From contig JACNKC010000048.1 in the NCBI GenBank assembly GCA_014382245.1, positions 2,032 through 66,031 on the forward strand: a stretch of DNA of 64,000 nucleotides. Reading direction: 5' to 3'. Positions 26,313-35,253 of the stretch are shown here, in pieces (within the stretch, counting starts at the first letter, position 1; each line of letters opens with the position of its first letter). Both the position numbers and the translations under genes were made by a program. The notes under the pieces are model-generated. The model saw only the letters and a list, made by a program, of their open reading frames with translations. It was not told where the DNA came from and made no database searches. This stretch comes from Pseudomonadota bacterium. Its GTDB lineage: Bacteria > Desulfobacterota > Binatia > UBA1149.

Positions 26313-26316
26313 TGCT

Positions 26317-26784
26317 TCAGGCCCTGAACCAGGTGCCCGCGGGCACTTCGCGGCCGGAGTCGACCGTGAGTCGTCCGTCGATGCTGCGGCTGACCTCGAG
26401 CCAGCGCAGCCCGCGCGGCGCCGGTCCGGCTACCACCGAGCCGTCCTTGGCAAAAGAAGAGCCGTGGCAAGGGCAGGCGAACCCCGTTTCGCTGCGATCG
26501 ACGATGCAGCCGAGGTGGGTGCACACCATGGATATGGCCGCGAAACCTTCCCGGCGTGACACCAGCAGGACGTTCTTGTCGGGAACAACCTGCATGCTGC
26601 CCACCGGGTAGTCCCGGCTGCGGCCGATCCTGAACCTGCGCGATGTTTCGGGCAACACGCGGGGGTTGGGCAGGCGTACCATGCCCGCCAAGGAGCCGAG
26701 CACGGCCAGTGCCGCGGTCCACCAGCCGGCAAGGCCGAGGAAGTCCCTGCGGGCAATGGGTTCGGGTTCAAGTCGTCCCGCCAC
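26317..26784 (-). CDS. Rieske iron-sulfur protein of the bc-type complex
   Basis: Has RRDFLGLAG, a TM anchor, and CTHLGC...CPCHGS. Confidence 0.85.
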   Translation of the reverse strand: MAGRLEPEPIARRDFLGLAGWWTAALAVLGSLAGMVRLPNPRVLPETSRRFRIGRSRDYPVGSMQVVPDKNVLLVSRREGFAAISMVCTHLGCIVDRSETGFACPCHGSSFAKDGSVVAGPAPRGLRWLEVSRSIDGRLTVDSGREVPAGTWFRA

Positions 26785-28696
26785 TTGTTTCCTCCTGCCG
26801 CGGAGCAGGTTCTACCTGCACCGGTTCTCGCTTGAACACGTAGCGTTCCATGGTTATCGCGCCTTCGGGGCAGCGCTGGGCGCAGAGCGCGCAGCGTATG
26901 CAGGCGCTTTCGTCCTTGATCAGTGCCGAGGCTTCGGTTGCGGGTAGCTGGCCCAGGCGATCGTGGACGGTGGCGGTGAGGCCTGCGTTGCCCTGGAGCC
27001 TTTCTATGCCGACGATGCGCAGGCAGTCCGACGGGCATACGTCTACGCACCCACCGCAGAGGATGCACGTGCTGCCGTTGAAAATTGTGTTGACACCGCA
27101 GTCGAGGCAGCGCGAGGCTTCGCGGCGTGCCTGCGCGTGGTCGAAACCCAGGTCCACTTCGGCAGACTGCGACAGGCTGCGTTGCCCGGCGGTGACCACT
27201 GGCGGGTCGCAGCGGCTTATTGATTCGTAGCCCTGCTCACGTTGATAGTCGGCCAGCACGATGTGCAGTTCGGTGTCGTGAACGCCGAGCTCGCGACCCG
27301 AGATGTCATGGTAGATAGAGCGCGCAGTTCGCTTGCCCGACGCTACGGCGTCGATGAGCAGGCGGGGGCCGTAGGCCAGGTCGCCGGCTACGTAGATGCC
27401 CTGCGTTCTGCTGCGGCCGCTGTCGGCGTCGCAGGGCAGCAGGCCGCGCTCATCGAGTTCTATGCCGTCGCGTTCGGGATCAATGAACGACAAGTCCACG
27501 GCCTGCCCGGCGGCGACGATGACAGTGTCGCAGGCTATGGTAACGGTGTCCGCGGCGTCGAAACTGGGAGAGAAACGGCCCTCGGAGTCGAAGCAGCTCG
27601 TGCAGCGCAGCATGGTGATGGCCGTTATGAACCCTTGCTCGTCCCGGTGTATCTCGCCCGGACCCAGTCCGTTGTGGCGCACGATTCCTTCCTCGGCTCC
27701 CTCTATGATTTCGACATCGTCGGCGGGCATTTCTTCCAGCGACTCGAGTGAGCACAGGTGGATCTCGGAGAAACGCTGCTGTCTCAGCGCGGTACGCGCG
27801 GCGTCGAGGCTGGTCTGCCTGACCACGGTGCGGCCCACGTCGTAGGCTACGTTACCGCCGCCTATGACAACGATGCGGTGGCCCAGCCGGGTCGTGTTGC
27901 CGAGCGCGACATCGCGCAGGAACTCAACGCCGCCGAGCACGCCTGGCCCTTTTGAACCCGGAAAATCCAGCATGCGGGAGCGCTTGGCTCCCACCGAAAG
28001 CAGCACCGCGTCGTGGCGCTGCCTGAGCTCGGCTACGCTCACGTCGCTGCCCACGCGGCAGCCGGTCATGGCGCGCACGCCCAGTTCTTCTATGACGGCT
28101 ACCTCGGCGCGGATGAGGTCGCGCGGCAGTCGGTACTCGGGTATTCCCAGCGCGAGCATGCCGGCGAGTACGGGTTCGCTTTCGTACACGGTTACCTCGA
28201 AGCCCAGCAGCGCCAGGTCGTGAGCGGCAGCGAGACCCGCTGGACCGCCCCCGACTATCCCCACCGACTTGCCGGTGACTGGTGTGACCTCGCCGCGCGA
28301 GATCGAGCGCAGCAGCGGCAGGAGTTCTTCGCGGCCCTCGCAGTCGTGCTCGCTGTTGCGGGCGGCGCTGCTGCGCAGGAAGTCAACCAGGTCGCCACCG
28401 TAGGAGTGATGGGTGAGAAAACTGTCGCAGGCAAAGCGCTTGAGCGCCCGGATGGCCACCGGCTTGTCAATCTCGCCGCGGCGGCAGGCTTTCTCGCAGG
28501 GAGCGCCGCAGACCCGTCCACAGATCGAGGCCAAGGGGTTGGGGCCGCGGGCTATGAGGTAGGCCTGTTCCAGCTCGCCGCTTGCTATGGCCCGCACGTA
28601 GCCGCGCGCGTCGGTGCCCACCGGGCAGGCGGACTGGCACTTCACCTGTTCTTTCCAGTACCCGTTGAGGGGTACTCTTGTGTTGATTGCTTGCAC
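26768..28696 (-). CDS. GltD/SudA-like NAD(P)-binding FAD flavoprotein with N-terminal Fe-S region and C-terminal 2x[4Fe-4S] ferredoxin domain
   Basis: Has CQSACPVGTD...CGRVCGAPCEKAC, GIVGGGPAGLAAAHDLALLGFEVTVYE...GIPEYRLP, and C-terminal CILCGGCVDVCP and CIRCALCAQRCP. The start is set at an in-frame GTG (28696) because a sigma54 box lies inside the tracked TTG extension, so the start is uncertain. Its stop overlaps the Rieske gene start by 17 nt. Confidence 0.75.
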   Translation of the reverse strand: MQAINTRVPLNGYWKEQVKCQSACPVGTDARGYVRAIASGELEQAYLIARGPNPLASICGRVCGAPCEKACRRGEIDKPVAIRALKRFACDSFLTHHSYGGDLVDFLRSSAARNSEHDCEGREELLPLLRSISRGEVTPVTGKSVGIVGGGPAGLAAAHDLALLGFEVTVYESEPVLAGMLALGIPEYRLPRDLIRAEVAVIEELGVRAMTGCRVGSDVSVAELRQRHDAVLLSVGAKRSRMLDFPGSKGPGVLGGVEFLRDVALGNTTRLGHRIVVIGGGNVAYDVGRTVVRQTSLDAARTALRQQRFSEIHLCSLESLEEMPADDVEIIEGAEEGIVRHNGLGPGEIHRDEQGFITAITMLRCTSCFDSEGRFSPSFDAADTVTIACDTVIVAAGQAVDLSFIDPERDGIELDERGLLPCDADSGRSRTQGIYVAGDLAYGPRLLIDAVASGKRTARSIYHDISGRELGVHDTELHIVLADYQREQGYESISRCDPPVVTAGQRSLSQSAEVDLGFDHAQARREASRCLDCGVNTIFNGSTCILCGGCVDVCPSDCLRIVGIERLQGNAGLTATVHDRLGQLPATEASALIKDESACIRCALCAQRCPEGAITMERYVFKREPVQVEPAPRQEETSGGTT

Positions 28697-28769
28697 TTTG
28701 CGCCGCGAGACCGCATGCCGCGCGCCGCGGTCGACCGGCGGCCGATCGCGGGGGCGACAGGCGGTGGCA

Positions 28770-28784
28770 GCAAGCCCTGTGCCA
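28770..28784 (-). promoter_or_regulatory. Consensus sigma54 (-24/-12) promoter upstream of the Rieske/cyt b operon
   Basis: The minus strand reads TGGCAC-AGGGC-TTGC-T, an exact match to TGGCAC-N5-TTGCW. It lies about 75 nt upstream of the GTG at 28696. Confidence 0.5.
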
Positions 28785-28975
28785 CAGGGCGCAGCCGGGT
28801 CCGGCCCCAGCGATAGCAAACAGAATGGGGCTTTGCACGCATAGGAAAGGCAGGCAAACAGCGGTCGGATTCCGCCTTGTGCCAAGCAAACGGTTTTGTA
28901 TTCCCAGTATTGAGAAAATGAAACGTGGCCGGCTGGAGCCAGGCTCCGCCCCCGGCCAACTCGCTGGCAAGCTCC

Positions 28976-30676
28976 CTACTTGCGCAGGCGGGCCCAGGCG
29001 TCGCGCAGGGTGACCGTGCGGTTGAACACCGGCAGGTCTGCCGTGGAGTCGGGGTCGAGGCAGAAGTAGCCCTTGCGCTCGAACTGGCAGGTCACTCCGG
29101 CCTTGAGGTCGGCGGCCGCTGGTTCCAATCGGCTTTGGCTGAGTTCCAGCAGCGAGTCGGGGTTGATGGCGTCGCCAATCTTGTTGCCGTCTTTGCCGCT
29201 GGCAGCGACCTGGGCCAGCGGGTTTTCGGCCGTGAACAGCCGGTCGTACAGGCGCACGCGGGCAGGCACCGACTGCTCGGCCGATACCCAGTGCAGGGTG
29301 GCCTTCACCTTGCGGCCATCGGGCGAGTCGCCGCCCCTGGTAGCCGGGTCGTAGCTGCACAGCAACTCGATGACCTCGCCCTCGTCGTTCTTGACGACCT
29401 CGTTGCAAGTAACAAAGTAGGCGTAGCGAAGGCGTACTTCGCGGCCGGGCGAGAGGCGAAAAAACTTGCGCGGCGGGTCTTCCATGAAGTCCTCGCGTTC
29501 GACGTAGAGGCTGCCGCTGAAGGGCAGCTCGCGCGTTCCGGCCGACTCGTCCTCGGGATTGTTGATGGCCGTGAGTTGCTCGACCTTACCCTCGGGCCAG
29601 TTGGTGATAGTGAGCTTCAAGGGGTCGAGCACGCCCATCAGTCGAGTAGCGCTGCTGTTGAGCTCCTGCCGCAGCTCGTGCTCGAGTTGCTCGTACTGCA
29701 CCGTGTTGTCGCTGCGGGTCACGCCAACGCCGAGGCAGAAGTTCCGTATGGCCGCCGGCGGGTAGCCGCGCCTGCGCATGCCCGAGAGCGTGGGCATGCG
29801 TGGGTCGTCCCAGCCCGACACCTTGCCCTCTTCTACCAGGCCGCGCAGCACGCGCTTGCTCATCACGGTGTGGGTCAGGTTGAGGCGCGCAAACTCGATC
29901 TGTTGCGGGTGACACTCGCTGTCAAGAGCGTCGAGCACCCAGTCGTACAGCGCCTTGTTATCGGCAAATTCAAGCGTGCACAGCGAGTGGGTGATGCCTT
30001 CAAAGGAGTCGCTCAGGCAGTGGGCGAGGTCGTACATGGGGTACACGCACCAGTCGTCGCCGGTGCGGTGGTGGCTGGCGCGCTGTATTCGGTAGAGCAC
30101 CGGGTCGCGCATGACGATGCGCGGGCTGGCCATGTCGATGCGTGCCCGGAGAGTGTGGCTGCCTGCTTCGAATTCGCCTGCGCGCATGCGTCGGAAAAGA
30201 TCGAGGCTTTCCTCGGCCGAGCGCTCGCGCCAGGGGCTGTCGCTGCCCGGACGGGTCAGCGTGCCGCGCTGCTCTCTTACCTGCTCGGCAGACAGCTCGC
30301 ATACGTAGGCTCGGCCTCGGCGCACGAGCTCCTCGGCGCAGTCATACAGGCGCTGGTAGTAGTCCGACGCAAAGTACAGGTGTTGGCCCCAGTCGAAGCC
30401 CAGCCAGGCTATGTCGGCCTTGATGGAATCAACGTACTCCGTGTCCTCGGCGCTCGGGTTTGTGTCGTCGAACCTGAGGTGGCAACGGCCACCGAACTCG
30501 CCGGCCAGGCCAAAATTGAGGCAGATGGATTTCGCGTGGCCGATGTGGAGATAGCCGTTTGGTTCGGGCGGAAAACGCGTGACGATCTCGTCGTGCCTGC
30601 CTTCGGCGAGCTCCTTGTCTATGAGCTTGCGGACAAAGTCGCGCGGCTTATCGGCCTTGTCTTCGCTGCTACCCAT
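28976..30676 (-). CDS. glnS: Glutaminyl-tRNA synthetase
   Basis: Has the class I HIGH motif (PEPNGYLHIGHAKS), VMSKR (KMSKS-like) and GlnRS-typical length and blocks. Confidence 0.92.
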   Translation of the reverse strand: MGSSEDKADKPRDFVRKLIDKELAEGRHDEIVTRFPPEPNGYLHIGHAKSICLNFGLAGEFGGRCHLRFDDTNPSAEDTEYVDSIKADIAWLGFDWGQHLYFASDYYQRLYDCAEELVRRGRAYVCELSAEQVREQRGTLTRPGSDSPWRERSAEESLDLFRRMRAGEFEAGSHTLRARIDMASPRIVMRDPVLYRIQRASHHRTGDDWCVYPMYDLAHCLSDSFEGITHSLCTLEFADNKALYDWVLDALDSECHPQQIEFARLNLTHTVMSKRVLRGLVEEGKVSGWDDPRMPTLSGMRRRGYPPAAIRNFCLGVGVTRSDNTVQYEQLEHELRQELNSSATRLMGVLDPLKLTITNWPEGKVEQLTAINNPEDESAGTRELPFSGSLYVEREDFMEDPPRKFFRLSPGREVRLRYAYFVTCNEVVKNDEGEVIELLCSYDPATRGGDSPDGRKVKATLHWVSAEQSVPARVRLYDRLFTAENPLAQVAASGKDGNKIGDAINPDSLLELSQSRLEPAAADLKAGVTCQFERKGYFCLDPDSTADLPVFNRTVTLRDAWARLRK

Positions 30677-30763
30677 CGGCCCATTAAAGGGGGATACGGG
30701 CCTATTAGCAAAAAAGTAAGGGGGAGGTCTTTGAGCCTCGCTGCCTTTGCGCCCGGCGCTCGC

Positions 30764-33496
30764 CTATCCCGCTTGGAGAGCGGCGAGGATCCTGTGGGCG
30801 TGCTGTTCGTAGTAGACAGCACCGCAGGCATGAAAGCGGCCCGCGGCCAGCTCCAGTAGTTCGGTCGCCGAACGCGTACGCCCGGTTTTGATTTTCAACT
30901 CGGCCAGGGCCACGGCAGCGTGGGACGCCACGAGCGGCGCGCGCATGCTCAAGGCTGACTCCAGTGCGCGTTGCAGGTAGCCCTCGGCCGCTTCGAAGTC
31001 GCCGGTCGTTGTTGCCAGCTGTCCCAGCCTGAGCGTCACCGGCCCGGTGTAGTCTACGCCCACCCCCGTGCAGACGTGGCTGTCGGCCCAGGGCTCCAGG
31101 ATGGTGGCGATCCTGCGGGCTCCATCGACGTCTTCGAGCGCCGTGGCGAGGTCGGCCAGCGCCGCTATGGTAGCCAGCCATACCATGTCTACGGGCAAGT
31201 CATTCATCCCGTCCATCAGCTCGTGGTAGTAGGGTTCGGCTTCGGCGGTGCGGTCGAGTTCGACGAGCAACAAGGCCAGGCTCGACTTGACGGGAACCAG
31301 CTCGGGCCTGTTTGCCAGGATATCGCGCAGTGGTTGTTCGAGTTCGGCTTGTTGCCCCCGGCAGCGCCAGATGCCGAACACGTGCACCTGGTACTTGAGC
31401 GTGGCTGTCGAGGCATCCACCTTGAGGCCGTAGTCCAGCTCGGACTCGGCCCAGCGCAGGGCCTGCTCGAGGTCACCGTCGAGCATCGCGCGCAGGGACC
31501 GGGCACTGTCGGCACGCCAGCGAGCCCATGGCTGACCGGTCCTTCGCGCCAGCTCCTCGATGCTTTCCATCTCGGCTTCGGCTTTTTCGCGGGAGCCCAT
31601 TTCCAACAAGGTGCCGGCGCGGGCCGTGCGGCCAACTACTTCCATCATCCAGTCTTTTCTCCGCGCCGCGAGAAGGATGAGCCGCTCAGAGGTGTCCAGT
31701 CGCGCGGAGGAGTCGGCCGGACCCCACAACACCCACAGTCTCGAAGCCAGTGCCTGTATGAGCACATCGGTGTTTCCCAGTGCCTCGGCTTCGGCCACAG
31801 CGCTTTCGCTCAGCTTCCCGGCTTCGGGGTCGCTGGCGGCACCCAGCATCATGGCCAATCGCGATATCAACATAACCCTGATCTTTGACGAGCCTTGGTC
31901 GAGCGCTTCGAGTGCTTCGCGCAGCATGGCAAGGGCCTTCGGGTTGCCACCCGAGGGTGCTTGCCAGGAGGCGGTGTAGCCGTAGCCCAGGGACGCGCGG
32001 GCGAGCGAGAGGGTGTCGCCGTTATCGCGTGCGGCGGCCGCCGCCTCGACAAAAAGCGCGTCGGCCTTTTTCGATTCGCCCATGAGGCGATAGCATTCGG
32101 CCTGGGCCAGTCCGTATAAAAGGTTGGCCCGATCGTCGGCGTCGATGGCAGACTGCAGATAGGCTACCGCGTTTTCGTAGGCAGTCGATGCCATGGCTTC
32201 GCGCGCCGCCTGCTCCAGGCTCCACACGAGCTTGTCTCGGTCAGCCAGGCTACCGCTATCCTGGAACTGGCCCGCGATTGCGGCAGCGCTTACCGGCTCG
32301 CCGGCGGTAGCGCGCTCGTACAGGGTGGTCGCCACGGCCAGGTGTAACTTGCGGCGGATCTCCTTGTCTATGTCGTCGTAGAATGCGTCGCGCATTATCG
32401 CGTGGGAAAAACTCCAGCCCGGCAAGCCCTCTTCGTCGGGCACGACAAGTTCGGCCTCGTTGGCCTTGGCGATAGCCTCGGCCACCACTGCGGGGGCGTC
32501 GCTGCCCTTCAGCAGCCCCGAGGCCTTGCAGACCGAGGCCAGCATCTCGCGGTTAAACCCCTGGCCAATTACAGCGGCTGTCCCGAGTATCTTGCGATGC
32601 AGTTCGCTGCTCCCTCCCATGCGCGACACGAGTACGCGCCGCAGGCTCACCGGGGTCTTGAGGTCCAGGGAGGCCAGGCGATCAACCCTCTGCGCCTGCC
32701 CCGATCCGGGCTTGAGCAGTTCGGTAATATAAAGGGGATTGCCGCCGGTGTAGCGGTCGATCAGCTCCACCTGGGCCGGCCCGGCGTGCCGCCCGGTCAG
32801 CGATGAGACCAGCAAACCGATTTCCTGCTTGCCCAGCCCCTGCAGCTTGAGATCTACTATCGGGTCGGGGAGGACGGCCCTCCATGGACTACCCTCGGCA
32901 CGCTCCCTGCCCACCAACAGCACCATGAGTTGTCCTGGAAGCCGAGCGCGTAGCAGATGGCGCAGCAGGTATCCCGACGCGGGGTCGGCTCCCTGGGCGT
33001 CGTCGATGACCATGAGCAGCGGGGAGTGTCGCAGCAGGTCGGTGAGAAGGGAGGTCACGGCTTCGAACAGGGCCACGCGGGCGTCGGTCGTGGTGGAGGG
33101 GGTAGAGCGGGAGGGGGAGCCATTGGCCGATCCGCCTACCCAGCCAGGGGCGATGCGTTCGATCAGCGAGTCGGGCCCGCGGTGTTTCGCGGCCAGGTCA
33201 TCGAGCCCGGGCGGGAGCGAAGAAAGCAGGCGACTCCATATGAGAAAAGGCGGCCCGTTCTGACCTGCCCAGCAGCAGGCGCGCCAGACCATTGCGCCGC
33301 GGTCGTTGGCGCCGTCGGCAAAGCGCGCCGCGAGCGAGGTCTTGCCCATGCCCGCGGGGCCGACCAGGTAGCCTACGCCGGCGCCGTTATTATTGGCCAG
33401 GGCTTCGTCGAGTTGCGACAGCTCCCTGCTGCGGCCCACGAAGGTCGTGCCGGCGCCAGCCGGAGCGGCCGGCGATTGTTTGCGATTGTCGGCCAT
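30764..33496 (-). CDS. STAND-type ATPase (AAA_16-like P-loop) with long TPR/helical-repeat C-terminus
   Basis: Has FVGRSRELSQLDEAL...GPAGMGKTSLA (Walker A), LLMVIDDAQ (Walker B) and a C-terminal repeat-rich helical region. No recognisable HTH or effector domain was seen. Confidence 0.6.
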   Translation of the reverse strand: MADNRKQSPAAPAGAGTTFVGRSRELSQLDEALANNNGAGVGYLVGPAGMGKTSLAARFADGANDRGAMVWRACCWAGQNGPPFLIWSRLLSSLPPGLDDLAAKHRGPDSLIERIAPGWVGGSANGSPSRSTPSTTTDARVALFEAVTSLLTDLLRHSPLLMVIDDAQGADPASGYLLRHLLRARLPGQLMVLLVGRERAEGSPWRAVLPDPIVDLKLQGLGKQEIGLLVSSLTGRHAGPAQVELIDRYTGGNPLYITELLKPGSGQAQRVDRLASLDLKTPVSLRRVLVSRMGGSSELHRKILGTAAVIGQGFNREMLASVCKASGLLKGSDAPAVVAEAIAKANEAELVVPDEEGLPGWSFSHAIMRDAFYDDIDKEIRRKLHLAVATTLYERATAGEPVSAAAIAGQFQDSGSLADRDKLVWSLEQAAREAMASTAYENAVAYLQSAIDADDRANLLYGLAQAECYRLMGESKKADALFVEAAAAARDNGDTLSLARASLGYGYTASWQAPSGGNPKALAMLREALEALDQGSSKIRVMLISRLAMMLGAASDPEAGKLSESAVAEAEALGNTDVLIQALASRLWVLWGPADSSARLDTSERLILLAARRKDWMMEVVGRTARAGTLLEMGSREKAEAEMESIEELARRTGQPWARWRADSARSLRAMLDGDLEQALRWAESELDYGLKVDASTATLKYQVHVFGIWRCRGQQAELEQPLRDILANRPELVPVKSSLALLLVELDRTAEAEPYYHELMDGMNDLPVDMVWLATIAALADLATALEDVDGARRIATILEPWADSHVCTGVGVDYTGPVTLRLGQLATTTGDFEAAEGYLQRALESALSMRAPLVASHAAVALAELKIKTGRTRSATELLELAAGRFHACGAVYYEQHAHRILAALQAG

Positions 33497-33576
33497 TGGT
33501 CAGAGCTCTTCGTCCGGTTGTAGCGCCGAGGCAGGGCTGTTGGTAGTAACCACCATCGCTGGCAAGGATCTGGTGC

Positions 33577-33990
33577 TCACTGTCCCGCGATCAGTTGCAC
33601 CGACACGCGGCGCAGTTGCCTCGGGCCGTCCAGCTCCACCAGCATCAGTGCCTGCCAGGTGCCGAGCAGCAGCTCGCCGTCTACGACCGGCACGGTTTCG
33701 GACGGGCCCAGCATCGAGGCGAGGATGTGAGACTGGGCATTGTTGTCTACGCGGTCGTGCAACCAGTTGTCGTGTTCGGCCACGGCCGTGTCGAGTGCGC
33801 GCAACAGGTCGACGCCGATGTTGGGGTCGTCGTTTTCGTTGATGATGACGGCCGCCGTGGCGCCCAGCACCATCACGTGGCACAGCCCGTTGGTTACCCC
33901 GCTGTCGCGCACTGCCTCCCGCACCGCGCCAGTCAGGTCCAGGCATTCTTTGTGGGCGTTTGTAGAGACGCTGAGTAGGACCGCGGGCAT
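33577..33990 (-). CDS. YjbQ/UPF0047 family protein (secondary thiamine-phosphate synthase-like)
   Basis: Has family blocks TAAVIINENDDP, DNNAQSHILASMLG and LGTWQALMLVELDGPR. The start is moved to the ATG at 33990, because the tracked N-terminal extension is only the antisense of a neighbouring repeat. Confidence 0.8.
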   Translation of the reverse strand: MPAVLLSVSTNAHKECLDLTGAVREAVRDSGVTNGLCHVMVLGATAAVIINENDDPNIGVDLLRALDTAVAEHDNWLHDRVDNNAQSHILASMLGPSETVPVVDGELLLGTWQALMLVELDGPRQLRRVSVQLIAGQ

Positions 33991-34069
33991 GGGCCGACAG
34001 TTTGCGCCGGTTGGCGGCCGGTTCCAAGCGGGCGCCCGGCCGCGCGGCTGAAAAAGAAACGGGGGGGGG

Positions 34070-35068
34070 TCAGCCGATGGGAGGAAAGCCACCCGGGAAT
34101 GGGCCACCGGGCACCTGGCCACCGGGCACCTGGCCACCGGGCACCTGGCCACCGGGCACCTGGCCACCGCCACCGGGTGAAGGTCCGACAGGCGGCGCAG
34201 GGGGCACTGCAGGCACGGTGGTCGTGGTGACAGGCACCGTGGTCGTGGTTACTGGCACCGTGGTCGTGGTGACAGGCACGGTGGTCGTGGTTACATTATC
34301 GTCATAGCCGTCGTCGTCGCAGTCCTCATCTTCGTCGAGGATACCGTCGTCATCGTCGTCCGCGTCGTCCTCGTCTGGTACGCCGTCACCGTCATCGTCT
34401 TCGTCCACATGGTCGGGGCTGCCGTCGTTGTCGGTGTCCTCGCTGCGTACCTTGCGGGCCAGCAGTTCGCAGCCGTCGCTCTCGAGCTTGATTTCGACGT
34501 GTTCGCCGCCGTTGTGGGCTACCCGCCACGCCAGCTCTTCGCAGCTGTCGGCGCCCTTGAAGCGCGTGGCCGAAGTCAACACTACCTCTATGCACAGCAC
34601 CCGCAGAAAACCGTCGGTACTTGCCACCGGGCACTGAATTGACTCCACCGGCCCCGAAAGGCTGGCGTCGAGTTCGTCTGTCGGGTCGAGGTCGTACCCA
34701 TCGACGTACCCATCGTCGTCGCTGTCCGGGTTCGTGGGGTCGCTGCCCAGCTCGACTTCCTCACCGTCTTCCAGCCCGTCATCGTCGCTGTCCGGGTCAA
34801 GAGGATCGCAACCCAACTCCAGTTCGTCGCCGTCGTCGAGGCCATCGTCATCGCTGTCCTTGTTCTTCGGGTCTGTGCCGAGCTCCTTCTTTTCGAGGCA
34901 GTTACTGAGTCCGTCCTGGTCGCGATCGTAGCGCCCTTTTCGTTCGGTCAGCTCCTGTTGCTCCTCGCAGCTCGCCGATGCGGGCAGGGCTGTGATCGGG
35001 GCCAGCAGCAGGGCTACGGTGGCTGCGAAGGTGGCGAGAATAGCGTTAATATTTTGTCGATACGTCAT
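34070..35068 (-). CDS. Secreted acidic calcium-binding-repeat protein (thrombospondin type 3-like D-x-D-x-D-G repeats) with a repetitive C-terminus
   Basis: The ATG at 35068 is preceded by an AAGGAG RBS, and the signal peptide ends PASA. Has repeated DSDDDGLxDGxE motifs and a C-terminal (TTTTVPV)x4 and (GQVPG)x4. Confidence 0.65.
   Translation of the reverse strand: MTYRQNINAILATFAATVALLLAPITALPASASCEEQQELTERKGRYDRDQDGLSNCLEKKELGTDPKNKDSDDDGLDDGDELELGCDPLDPDSDDDGLEDGEEVELGSDPTNPDSDDDGYVDGYDLDPTDELDASLSGPVESIQCPVASTDGFLRVLCIEVVLTSATRFKGADSCEELAWRVAHNGGEHVEIKLESDGCELLARKVRSEDTDNDGSPDHVDEDDDGDGVPDEDDADDDDDGILDEDEDCDDDGYDDNVTTTTVPVTTTTVPVTTTTVPVTTTTVPAVPPAPPVGPSPGGGGQVPGGQVPGGQVPGGQVPGGPFPGGFPPIG
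34102..34295. repeat. In-frame coding tandem repeats: 15-bp unit x4 (34102-34161) and 21-bp unit x4 (34212-34295)
   Basis: Direct reading shows ggccaccgggcacct x4 and ggcac(c)gtggtcgtggt(g/t)ac(a/t) x4. Confidence 0.9.
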
Positions 35069-35253
35069 GGTGTTTACTCCTTTTTCTGCGCCCCCCGGGG
35101 GCCAGGTCGCTGTTGTCGCGGCAAAACAACCGAACTGCAGAGGCGGGGGCGGGCTGGGGAGGTTGAATGCAAGCGGTGTGCCGATATGGGCAGCACGCGG
35201 GGAAAGGGCGGAGAGCATCCGTCCTTGAGGACTGGTTACACGCCTGGTGCCGG

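Noticed and set aside
28697-28885. The TTG-initiated 63-codon N-terminal extension of the GltD-like flavoprotein.
   Set aside because: The peptide looks non-protein-like. It contains an exact sigma54 promoter match, and the conserved Fe-S region begins right after the GTG at 28696. The true start still needs experimental or comparative confirmation.
33991-34173. A 61-codon N-terminal extension of the yjbQ-like ORF containing (CPVAR)x4.
   Set aside because: It is the reverse complement of the GQVPG-coding repeat of the neighbouring gene. The family-conserved region starts at the internal ATG at 33990.
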